A DNA stretch of 64,000 nucleotides from an uncultured Lachnospiraceae bacterium (GTDB taxonomy: Bacteria; Bacillota; Clostridia; Lachnospirales; Lachnospiraceae): NCBI GenBank assembly GCA_947626985.1, contig CANQUG010000009.1:1141-65140 (forward strand), written 5' to 3'. Below are positions 56,686-64,000 of the stretch, one piece after another. The position numbers and the translations under genes are program-made. How positions within the stretch are numbered: the stretch's first letter is position 1; each line of letters opens with the position of its first letter. The notes beneath the pieces are model-generated. The model had not been told where the DNA came from and searched no databases. It saw nothing but the letters and a program-made list of their open reading frames with translations.

Positions 56686-57483
56686 ATGAGAAAAAATTAT
56701 TTTGTCGAAGGACTGCAGGGCGCCGGAAAGACTACATTTGTGAAGCGGCTCTCAGATTACCTGCAAAATTACCAGGTTTTTCAGGAGGGAGATTATTCGC
56801 CTATCGAGCTGGCATGGTGTTCTTATGTTACGGAAAAGCAATATGATAGAATACTGGAAGAGTATCCGCTGCTCAGTGCGGAGATCAAAGCTAAAACGAT
56901 TGAAGAAGGAAATCACAGAATTGTTTGCTATACAAAGATATTAACAGACGTTCCGGGTTTTTATAAAAATATGGAAAAATATGAGATATATAATGGAAAC
57001 CTGGATAAAAACGTATTTGAAAAACTCATCCTGGAGAGGTTTGGAAACTGGAACGGACAGGGACAGATTTTTGAATGCTCTGTTTTTCAGAATATCATTG
57101 AAAACCAGATGCTGTATCTTTTAATGTCCGATGATGAAATTCTGGATTTTTACAGAAGGTTAAAAAGTGTTCTCGGGTGCAGGGAATACAGAATTATTTA
57201 CCTGGATGTGGAAGATATTCCGGAAACCATCGACAGGATCCGAAAAGAACGGACCGACGATCAGGGAAATGAATCGTGGTTTTCTGCACTGATTCGTTAT
57301 ATAGAAGAATCGCCGTATGGGAAGATGCGGGGATTAACCGGATTGGGAGGATTAATCGAGCATCTGGAGAAAAGGCGGATGCTGGAGCATCAGATTATGG
57401 AGGAGGTTTTTCCGGAAAGTTCTGTTAAGATTAAAGCGAAAAGCTATAATCCTTTGACAATTCCTGATTTTATGCTGAGATGA
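56686..57483 (+). CDS. P-loop NTPase, nucleoside/small-molecule kinase-like
   Basis: Walker A GLQGAGKTT at the N-terminus. 266 aa. ATG 56686 is 7 nt after GGAGG. The ORF-track start at 56620 is upstream of the RBS. Confidence 0.6.
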   Translation: MRKNYFVEGLQGAGKTTFVKRLSDYLQNYQVFQEGDYSPIELAWCSYVTEKQYDRILEEYPLLSAEIKAKTIEEGNHRIVCYTKILTDVPGFYKNMEKYEIYNGNLDKNVFEKLILERFGNWNGQGQIFECSVFQNIIENQMLYLLMSDDEILDFYRRLKSVLGCREYRIIYLDVEDIPETIDRIRKERTDDQGNESWFSALIRYIEESPYGKMRGLTGLGGLIEHLEKRRMLEHQIMEEVFPESSVKIKAKSYNPLTIPDFMLR

Positions 57484-57652
57484 GCTGGGGCTGCAGGGGG
57501 GAGGTATTTCTGGAAATTTTTTCAAAAATCCCTCCCTGAAATTTGAAACCAGAAATCTAAAAGGTATTGCAGAAGCTAATTTTTATCAGTATGATATACT
57601 GGCATGCAGTTATAAAAAAACAGACAAATCAGGATATATGAAGGAGGACGAA

Positions 57653-58018
57653 ATGAAATTAAAAAGATTGCTGTATGATTTCACAGTATGTCAGGTAGCG
57701 AGTGCAGAGGACATCGATTTGGATAAGGAGTTCTTTTTTATTGCTAAGACAGAAGAAGAACTTTCCCTCGTCTGTAAAACGGCGGACACGCCCGAAAATA
57801 CCACTGCTCGTGATGACGGTTGGAAAGGATTTCGTATTCAGGGAGTTCTTGACTTTTCTCTTATTGGAGTATTATCGAAAATAGCAGGCATTCTCGCAGA
57901 AAATGGAATTGCCATATTTGCAGTGTCCAGCTTTAATACAGATTACATTCTTGTAAAAGCGAGTGATTTTGACAAAGCCATGGAAGCGCTTGCGGATGCA
58001 GGCTATACAGTAGAATAA
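57653..58018 (+). CDS. ACT-domain protein (ACT_7-like)
   Basis: WKGFRIQGVLDFSLIGVLSKIAGILAENGIAIFAVSSFNTDYILV. ATG 57653 after AGGAGG. Confidence 0.7.
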   Translation: MKLKRLLYDFTVCQVASAEDIDLDKEFFFIAKTEEELSLVCKTADTPENTTARDDGWKGFRIQGVLDFSLIGVLSKIAGILAENGIAIFAVSSFNTDYILVKASDFDKAMEALADAGYTVE

Positions 58019-58080
58019 AAACTGATAAAGTTAAGGATTGTTTACCTGGGAGCAGACAGCAAGGGTGCAGGTGCAGCCTC

Positions 58081-58485
58081 TGATTTTTTCCGGCAGTTCG
58101 TGGCGTCAGATACTGTAAAAAAACGTTGGAAAAAACTTCCGCCGCTGACCGGTTTCGACAAATTTCATAAGGAAAATACGGTATAATGATTGCATAATTC
58201 TGCTCGGAGGAAGTATAATTAAGGAGGAACGCCTTGCTCAGAAACTTCGTGGAAGTTCGGAGGAGGAAATTGCTGCTGCTCTCCATTTGCCGGCAGAGAC
58301 AGTGAGGGAATGTATAGAGAGTGCATTAGGGGATAAAACCTGAAAAAAGATAAGGGAACAATTGGATGTTTTATTCTGTAGGGTGTAATTATCATGGAAA
58401 GCTTTCTGTACATCATGGGTCTGGAGCATGACACACAGTCATTGTCTGGTTTCACAATGAAAGAAACCGATATAAGGGAGACTGG
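58081..58485 (+). pseudogene. internally deleted copy of the Rpn-like gene unit (5' leader/RBS joined to the last ~35 codons plus the 3' flank)
   Basis: 58081-58230 matches 54054-54199. 58232-58348 matches 55119-55236. 58450-58485 matches 55235-55270. About 0.9 kb of coding body is missing, and ~100 nt of foreign sequence is inserted at 58349-58449. Confidence 0.85.
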
Positions 58486-58711
58486 TTTTGACGAAAATAT
58501 TCTTTTCGATATTTTTAATTGGGTATAATTTTTAACAGCATCGGTTAGAAATAATCGATGCTTTCTTTTTGCTCGGGGTGATACGGGCTTTTTTGCTCCC
58601 ATTTTGTGTGGGGGTGGTTTCGTGGCCGCAAATAGAATTAAGAGAATTACAGTAGAGGTCGGCGGCGATACCACTAAGCTGCAGGCGGCTACAGTTCTTT
58701 ATAATCAGAAT

Positions 58712-58787
58712 TTTAATGATAATCGTTAAATTCTCCTTGACAGCACTTTTAATGTCCGCTATAATACATTTAACGATTATCGTTAAA
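58712..58787 (+). promoter_or_regulatory. consensus promoter bracketed by two copies of a 19-bp palindromic operator
   Basis: TTGACA (58737-58742), 17 nt, TATAAT (58760-58765). Operators are TTTAATGAT-A-ATCGTTAAA (58712-58730) and TTTAACGAT-T-ATCGTTAAA (58769-58787). Confidence 0.75.
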
Positions 58788-58805
58788 TATAAGGAGGAAT
58801 CATCT

Positions 58806-59414
58806 ATGAAAACTCAGAAAATGGTAAAAACGGCGAAAGCGCTCGATAAGGTGTTCAAAATTCTGCAAAGGGTGGTCATTCTTTGTGCCATCGCCGCAGT
58901 GATTATCCTAAGCATATTTACAGCGGCAAACGTGGCTGCTCCTGATTTCATTGCAGGAGCAGATTCTGTCAACGTGAGTGTAGGGCCGCTTACGCTTAGA
59001 CTTGCCGAGGGAGCAATGCCCGGTACTATTTTGGGATACACCTGGATTTTAGTTGTCGGTGCCATTGTTTATATTGCCGTTATGTGCTATGTACTTGGCG
59101 TGCTCAGAAAGATGCTGAGGCCAATGGCAGAGGGAAATCCTTTTGCCCCATCTGTCAGCAGAGAAATCCGCAAGCTGGCTTTCGCCGGCCTTGCCATCGG
59201 AATGATTGCCAATGTAATGTCTTTCGTTGAGACATTTGCCGCCGTTCGTATTTTTGACTTGAGCAGCCTGCTTCAAAACACCCGACTCCGGGATGTCAGT
59301 GTGAATTTTCATTTCGATATAACTTCTGTTATTTTATTTTTTGTCCTGTTGCTGCTGTCGTATATCTTCCAGTATGGAGAGGAACTGCAAAAGCTATCGG
59401 ATGAAACGTTGTAA
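58806..59414 (+). CDS. DUF2975-like membrane protein
   Basis: Four TM segments, a C-terminal ...YIFQYGEELQKLSDETL, and pairing with a YozG-type HTH gene. ATG 58806 after AAGGAGGA. Confidence 0.7.
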   Translation: MKTQKMVKTAKALDKVFKILQRVVILCAIAAVIILSIFTAANVAAPDFIAGADSVNVSVGPLTLRLAEGAMPGTILGYTWILVVGAIVYIAVMCYVLGVLRKMLRPMAEGNPFAPSVSREIRKLAFAGLAIGMIANVMSFVETFAAVRIFDLSSLLQNTRLRDVSVNFHFDITSVILFFVLLLLSYIFQYGEELQKLSDETL

Positions 59415-59425
59415 GGGGTGAGTCT

Positions 59426-59635
59426 ATGCCGATTATATTGCGATTAGACCGGGTGATGGCAGACCGGAAAATGTCTTTAAATGAATTGTCTGAAAAGGTT
59501 GGCGTAGCCAATGTGAACCTGTCGAGATTGAAAAACGGCCATATCAGCGCCATACGATTTTCCACATTGGAAGCAATCTGTGATGTGCTTGATTGTCAGC
59601 CGGGGGATATACTTGAGTTCAAAAGGGAGGAGTAA
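59426..59635 (+). CDS. XRE-family HTH regulator (YozG-like)
   Basis: 69 aa. LDRVMADRKMSLNELSEKVGVANVNLSRLKNG...LCDVLDCQPGDILEF pattern. Confidence 0.85.
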   Translation: MPIILRLDRVMADRKMSLNELSEKVGVANVNLSRLKNGHISAIRFSTLEAICDVLDCQPGDILEFKREE

Positions 59636-59856
59636 GTTACGTCCTGTATCCTGTGTTCAAGGTCATAGAGGCGGGCCATTTCATGGAGCAGCGCTGCGGC
59701 CAGCTCGGAAATGGGGCGATCCGGATACTCGGTGCAAAGGCTGATCTCGCGGTATTTATCTTCTCTTTTATTCCGGACTGTCTGTCACGGAAACGGCACG
59801 ATTGCTGAGCTGCAGCCGGAACACAGTCCTGAACCGGAGAGTCTTTATGACGCAGT

Positions 59857-60060
59857 TTGATCAATGCTCCCATAACCTGCAATGCAGAAAAGTGGGGCAT
59901 TTCGGAACGCCGGATACAAAAACTGTGCGAGGAAGAGCGGATTCCAGGTGTCGTTCGATTAGGGCATTCGTGGATCATTCCCAGGACAGCACAAAAACCG
60001 GCCGATTTGCGCAGAAAGAAAAAACAGGCAGAGGAAAAAAACTATGTTGAAACAGATTAA
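59857..60060 (+). CDS. short helix-turn-helix DNA-binding protein, probably an N-terminally truncated remnant
   Basis: AEKWGISERRIQKLCEEERIPGVVRLGHSWIIP is an excisionase/MerR-like HTH. It has a TTG start with no RBS and an in-frame stop immediately upstream. It overlaps the LysR start. Confidence 0.35.
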   Translation: MINAPITCNAEKWGISERRIQKLCEEERIPGVVRLGHSWIIPRTAQKPADLRRKKKQAEEKNYVETD

Positions 60061-60928
60061 ATATTTTCAGGCCGTTGTCCGTGCGGGCAGTTTCAGTGAG
60101 GCGGCGGAACAATGTTACATATCGCAGTCTGCCATTTCCCAGCAGATCCAGGCATTGGAACGGGAATTGGGTGTGGTGCTTTTGAAACGGGAAAACCGCC
60201 GCTTTTCGCTCACTCCGGCAGGGGAGCATTTTTATCGAAAGAGTCTGATCTTAATAGCAGATTTGGAACGGCTGTGCCGGGAAACGGCAGGGATTGCCCG
60301 TGGAGAAGATTACACTTTGCGCATAGGATACATCAAGGGTTACGGGGGTGCAGAGTTTCAAAAGGCAGTAGTAGAATTTACTGCAAAGCACCCGGATGTC
60401 CCTCTGGACATGAAAACCGGAAACCATGAGGACTTGTATGAACTGCTGCGCACGGATCAGGTGGATTTGGTACTTAACGACCAAAGACGTGCTTTTTCTG
60501 ATGAATATGTTAATATCGTACTGAGCGAGATCGGCTGTAATATCGAAATCTCATCCAGAAATCCGATTGGGGCTCTGGAATGTGTCAATGTGGATGATCT
60601 GCGAAATACCCCTTGTATCCTTGTCGCTTCAAAGGAGCAGAGAGAAAATGAAGAATCCCATTATCATGAGATTTACGGAATTGACAGCGAGTTTGTATTC
60701 GCTGAAAATCTGGAGGAAGCGCGTCTGATGGTAGTAAGTGGGAGGGGGTTTCTACCCATCGAAGGAGGCAGCGCACCCGTGCAATTTGCCGAAACGATTG
60801 CCCGGCGTCCTCTTTGTCGGAATGGAAAGCCGATCCGCCGTAATTATTGTGCTTTTTGGAAAGTGAATAATTCCGGTTATTATATTGAGGAATTTGCGGA
60901 AATCCTGAAAGCGCAGTTTGTAAAATAG
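60044..60928 (+). CDS. LysR-family transcriptional regulator
   Basis: N-terminal HTH IKYFQAVVRAGSFSEAAEQCYISQSAISQQIQALE and a LysR substrate-binding-length C-terminus. Confidence 0.9.
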   Translation: MLKQIKYFQAVVRAGSFSEAAEQCYISQSAISQQIQALERELGVVLLKRENRRFSLTPAGEHFYRKSLILIADLERLCRETAGIARGEDYTLRIGYIKGYGGAEFQKAVVEFTAKHPDVPLDMKTGNHEDLYELLRTDQVDLVLNDQRRAFSDEYVNIVLSEIGCNIEISSRNPIGALECVNVDDLRNTPCILVASKEQRENEESHYHEIYGIDSEFVFAENLEEARLMVVSGRGFLPIEGGSAPVQFAETIARRPLCRNGKPIRRNYCAFWKVNNSGYYIEEFAEILKAQFVK

Positions 60929-60948
60929 GATTCGGAAGATAAATGTGA

Positions 60949-60976
60949 GAGAGTCTGCTGAGGCAGGCTCTTTTTT
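60949..60976 (+). terminator. terminator of the LysR gene
   Basis: GAGTCTGC / GCAGGCTC stem (one G:U) with a 4-nt loop, followed by T6. Confidence 0.7.
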
Positions 60977-61288
60977 CGTATTAGCAGTTACTTATAGATA
61001 AGCCTCGAAATCCGAATTGCTCATAAGGGCAGGAATCAGTACAATACAGGCATATAGAAACATAAACGCATTTCATAGATGTAGAAAGGAAAAGTCAGAT
61101 ATGAATAAGTTTTTCTCTAAAATTCAAAAGAATTAAATCTGCAGGGGCGCATCCTTTGGAAAGGGGCTTGCCGTTCACGGCGCGGATGCCGCAAGGGCTG
61201 AAAGCACGGTCGCGGCGTGGGCAAAAAAAGGAATTTGACAGTCACAGTGCATTGATCAGATTATACACGAAAACGGGAGGTTTTCACG

Positions 61289-62122
61289 ATGAAAAAAGAA
61301 GTTATGCTTGTAACAGGCGCAGGACAGATCAGCATGGCGATTGCCCGGCGCATCGGTTTTGGTAAAAAGATCATCCTTGGTGATAAGAAGAAAGAGAATG
61401 CGGAGACAATCGCCAAAATCATGAATGACGCGGGCTTTGACGTTGTTCCTATGGAAATGGATCTGTCCAGCCGCGAGTCCATCCTGGCACTGATCGCCGA
61501 GGGACAGAAGTACGGTGAGATCAGGATGCTTGTCAATGGGGCGGGCGTATCTCCCAGCCAGGCACCCATTGAGGCCATTTTGAAGGTCGATCTCTACGGG
61601 ACGGCGGTACTGCTTGAAGAAGTCGGCAAAGTCATCGCGGAGGGCGGCACAGGGGTGACGATCTCCAGCCAGAGCGGATGGCGTATGCCCGCGCTCACAG
61701 CGGAGCAGGACGAGCAGCTTGCCACAACGCCCACGGAGGAACTGCTGTCGCTCCCCATGCTCCAGCCGGAAAATATCCGCGATACGCTCCATGCCTATCA
61801 GATGGCGAAACGGTGCAACGAAAAGCGTGTCATGGCGGAATCCGTCAAATGGGGCGAGCGCGGCGCAAGGCTCAATGACATCGCTCCCGGCATCATTGTG
61901 ACACCTCTTGCCATTGACGAGTTTAACGGCCCGCGCGGAGACTTTTATAAGAATATGTTTGCCAGATGCCCCGCCGGCCGTCCCGGTACGGCAGATGAGG
62001 TGGCAAATGTGGCGGAGCTCCTGATGGGGCCTGCAGGCGCGTTCATCACCGGTTCCACCATCCTGATTGACGGCGGCGCAACAGCCAGCTACTACTATGG
62101 GCCGTTAAAACCGGAACAATAA
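61289..62122 (+). CDS. SDR-family oxidoreductase
   Basis: VTGAGQISMAIA glycine-rich loop, YQMAK catalytic motif and a C-terminal ITGSTILIDGG. Confidence 0.85.
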   Translation: MKKEVMLVTGAGQISMAIARRIGFGKKIILGDKKKENAETIAKIMNDAGFDVVPMEMDLSSRESILALIAEGQKYGEIRMLVNGAGVSPSQAPIEAILKVDLYGTAVLLEEVGKVIAEGGTGVTISSQSGWRMPALTAEQDEQLATTPTEELLSLPMLQPENIRDTLHAYQMAKRCNEKRVMAESVKWGERGARLNDIAPGIIVTPLAIDEFNGPRGDFYKNMFARCPAGRPGTADEVANVAELLMGPAGAFITGSTILIDGGATASYYYGPLKPEQ

Positions 62123-62206
62123 AAGAGCAGAAATACTATGGACTATGCAGCATTTTCAAATGGTGTGAAAATGCCGATCAGAGCTGTTTCAAAGAGGAGG
62201 ATTATA

Positions 62207-63193
62207 ATGAAAAACAGAATTTTAGGAAAAGATCTGGAAGTTACTGCTGTTGGTCTTGGCTGTATGGGCTTTACCCACGCCTATGGGACGGCAATGGATG
62301 AAAAGGAAGCGGCAGGAACGATTGCGGAAGCCGTGGATATGGGCTGCACCTTTTTTGATACGGCGGAATGTTATCTCGGCAATCGTGCAGATGGTACGAT
62401 CGCCCGCAATGAAGATTTGGTCGGTGAGGCGTTAAAGCCATACCGCAGCCGGATCAGGCTCGCGACAAAGTGCGGCGTCGCCCATTCCCCGGAGGGGCTT
62501 GTAACGGATTCCCGGCCGGAAACGATCCGCAAGTCTGTTGAGGGCAGTCTGAAACGTCTTCAAACCGATTACGTAGATCTGTACTATCAGCACCGCATCG
62601 ACCCGAAGGTGGAGCCGGAGGAAGTGGCCGGCGTCATGGCCGATCTTATAAAAGAAGGAAAAATCCTGCATTGGGGCATTTCAGAAACAGACGAATCCTA
62701 TCTCCGCCGCGCTCATGCGGTCTGCCCTGTCACAGCGGTACAGAACCGCCTTTCCATGATGGCGCGGTGGCATGAGAGCCTGTTCCCCGTGCTGGAGGAA
62801 CTGAATGTGGGATTTGTGGCGTTCAGTCCCCTCGCAAACGGATTTCTTACAGATGCATTTAAGAAGGGAGAAACCTTTGAGCAGGGTGATTTCCGCAATT
62901 TTATGCCTCAGTACAAGGAAGAAAACTACGATGCCAACCGGGATCTGCTGGATTTAGTAAGAGGGCTTGCCGCTGAGAAGAACGCGACTCCGGCGCAGAT
63001 TTCCCTTGCGTGGATGATAAACAAAAAGCCCTATATCGTGCCGATTCCCGGCTCCCGCAAAGTGGCGAGAATCCGCGAAAACTTTGAAGCAGGCAATATT
63101 GTACTGTCTGCGGAGGAGGTAGCGAGCATCGATAAGCAGCTTGACAAAATCAGCACTTCCGGGGTATTCGGCGGTTCGCCTGTTAAAAAATAA
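62207..63193 (+). CDS. aldo/keto reductase
   Basis: LGCMG, FFDTAECY, LYYQHRID and IPGSRK motifs. ATG 62207 after GAGGAGG. The ORF-track start at 62138 is upstream of the RBS. Confidence 0.9.
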   Translation: MKNRILGKDLEVTAVGLGCMGFTHAYGTAMDEKEAAGTIAEAVDMGCTFFDTAECYLGNRADGTIARNEDLVGEALKPYRSRIRLATKCGVAHSPEGLVTDSRPETIRKSVEGSLKRLQTDYVDLYYQHRIDPKVEPEEVAGVMADLIKEGKILHWGISETDESYLRRAHAVCPVTAVQNRLSMMARWHESLFPVLEELNVGFVAFSPLANGFLTDAFKKGETFEQGDFRNFMPQYKEENYDANRDLLDLVRGLAAEKNATPAQISLAWMINKKPYIVPIPGSRKVARIRENFEAGNIVLSAEEVASIDKQLDKISTSGVFGGSPVKK

Positions 63194-63418
63194 AAGGAGG
63201 ACCCCGATACTTACGACGAATGTACGGATGCGGCGGCCTGGTACGAGCCGCCTGATAAGGTGAGAAAATGGGATTTGGTCGGTATCCTTCCAGGTCATGA
63301 TCCGAAAATATATGCGAAGAAGGTTTGTGGATAAATATGGTTCGTGAGATCATGTTGAGTGCGTGGTATTGATGTCACGGGTCGAGGATTAAAAGTACAT
63401 AAAATACCTTAAAACAAG

Positions 63419-63467
63419 GGATTCCGAGGATATTGCCGGAAACGGCGTGTCGCCGGAGTCCTTTTTT
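63419..63467 (+). terminator. hairpin plus T6 terminator
   Basis: GGATTCCG ... CGGAGTCC outer stem with inner GCCGG/CCGG pairing, followed by TTTTTT (63462-63467). Confidence 0.5.
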
Positions 63468-63473
63468 GCGTTT

Positions 63474-63610
63474 TGTGACAATAGTTCCGTAGTCTGGCAA
63501 AAATGGGATGTGTAACAAGAGAACTGCGTTTTGCCCTTGGTGTAACAAGAGAACTACTGTTTTTAGGGATTTTGGAGGGTGTGTGACAAGGGAACTGTTG
63601 TCAACAGTTC
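63474..63610 (+). repeat. iteron-like array: three direct 16-mers, one related upstream copy and a terminal 19-bp palindrome
   Basis: GTGTAACAAGAGAACT at 63510 and 63540. GTGTGACAAGGGAACT at 63581. TGTGACAATAGTTCC at 63474. GAACTGTTG-T-CAACAGTTC at 63592-63610. Confidence 0.8.
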
Positions 63611-63752
63611 AAACCCAGAACGCAGGTCATAGCAAAGGTGCTTACAACTTGCCATCGTGAGGAATTGAACTTAAAATCAAAGCAGAAATACCATAGATAA
63701 TTACGCAATTTCGTAATATGCTAATAGAAAGGCATAAAGGAGAACAGAAACA

Positions 63753-64000
63753 ATGGTTGATACAAAGAAAGAACAGGAGCGGGAGGAACTGCACCGGGCA
63801 ATCTGGGCCATCGCCGATGAACTTCGCGGCGCTGTTGACGGGTGGGATTTCAAGAACTACGTGCTGGGCACGATGTTTTACCGATATATCTCCGAGAATC
63901 TGACGGGCTATATCAATGCCGGGGAGCAGGCCGCCGGCAATTCTGATTTTGATTACGCCAAAATGTCCGACACCGAGACGGAGGAGGCCCGGGAAGGACT
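63753..64000 (+). CDS. hsdM: type I restriction-modification system methyltransferase subunit, 5' part (runs off the window)
   Basis: My own translation of a frame that is open to the window end: MVDTKKEQERGELHRAIWAIADELRGAVDGWDFKNYVLGTMFYRYISENL..., the conserved HsdM N-terminal domain. AAAGGAGA RBS at 63737. Confidence 0.85.
   Translation, partial: MVDTKKEQEREELHRAIWAIADELRGAVDGWDFKNYVLGTMFYRYISENLTGYINAGEQAAGNSDFDYAKMSDTETEEAREG

Noticed and set aside
58718-58781. An invertible promoter (inverton) formed by 14-bp inverted repeats flanking the DUF2975 promoter.
   Set aside because: Only 36 bp lie between the repeats. Each repeat is part of a self-palindromic 19-mer typical of dimeric repressor operators, and no invertase gene lies nearby.
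59637-59978. A 113-codon minus-strand ORF, plus another minus-strand frame reading ...ISELAAALLHEMARLYDLEHRIQDV.
   Set aside because: The first has an Arg/Ser/Cys-rich nonsense-like composition. The second looks protein-like but has no Met start and is under 60 codons, so at best it is an unassignable pseudogene fragment.
61140-61240. A GC-rich patch (ggggcgcatcc...gccgttcacggc...gcggatgccgc...) in the AT-rich spacer upstream of the SDR gene. A riboswitch or sRNA was considered.
   Set aside because: Only short local stems can be drawn (GCATCC/GGATGC and GCCG-TTCA-CGGC). I see no match to any riboswitch consensus that I can recall with confidence. The overlapping 69-codon ORF (61156..61365) has no RBS and runs into the SDR gene.
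63718-63903. A 61-codon ORF from the ORF track at the start of the R-M locus.
   Set aside because: It is out of frame with the clearly homologous HsdM N-terminus, which starts at 63753 and stays open to the window end.
1-64000. rRNA genes, tRNA genes, integrases, transposases of classical IS families, reverse transcriptases (retron or DGR) and cas genes.
   Set aside because: I found none in any frame or intergenic region on inspection. Absence of tRNAs is by eye only (no cloverleaf-like GTTCGA/TPsiC arms noted) and should be confirmed with tRNAscan and Infernal.

Overview
This is a 64-kb chromosomal segment that looks like a Clostridia (Lachnospiraceae-like) genome. That call rests on GGAGG-type RBSs, sigma-70 TTGACA/TATAAT promoters, gene content and moderately high GC. 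High GC produces many long spurious antisense ORFs.

The first ~42 kb is mostly core metabolism:
- rubrerythrin, an amylosucrase-like GH13 enzyme and a HisJ-type PHP phosphatase
- a gap-pgk-tpiA glycolytic operon
- a C-N hydrolase/MFS pair, an FAD oxidoreductase and PepF
- a sugar ABC importer followed by an MBL hydrolase
- a fabH-fabD-fabG-fabF-accB-accC-accD/A cluster
- a MATE pump and a single AAA/PD-(D/E)XK protein
- a YesMN-type two-component system, an LplABC-type ABC importer and a GH78 rhamnosidase

From ~42 kb onward the sequence is visibly more AT-rich and mosaic:
- a VOC protein, a third ABC importer and a RelE/AbrB toxin-antitoxin pair
- an MFS transporter and an orphan lantibiotic-immunity FEG ABC with an RK two-component system
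- an Rpn-like PD-(D/E)XK nuclease gene with an internally deleted second copy
- GNAT, cupin, P-loop kinase-like and ACT genes
- a DUF2975/XRE pair, LysR-SDR-AKR, and the 5' end of hsdM

I found no rRNA, tRNA or CRISPR array.

No single obviously novel multi-gene system stands out. The candidates most worth follow-up are:
1. A ~61-bp tandem repeat array in a 3' UTR, where each unit has a palindrome and a 5-codon mini-ORF.
2. A 179-nt element closed by 26-bp inverted repeats upstream of the fab operon.
3. A fused AccD-AccA protein carrying a 7 x 13-aa perfectly periodic linker.
4. The Rpn-like nuclease gene and its deletion derivative, which bracket a 2.8-kb cargo.
5. A 10-kb rhamnoside-utilisation island bracketed by a duplicated MBL gene segment.
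6. Several well-defined operator and iteron architectures.
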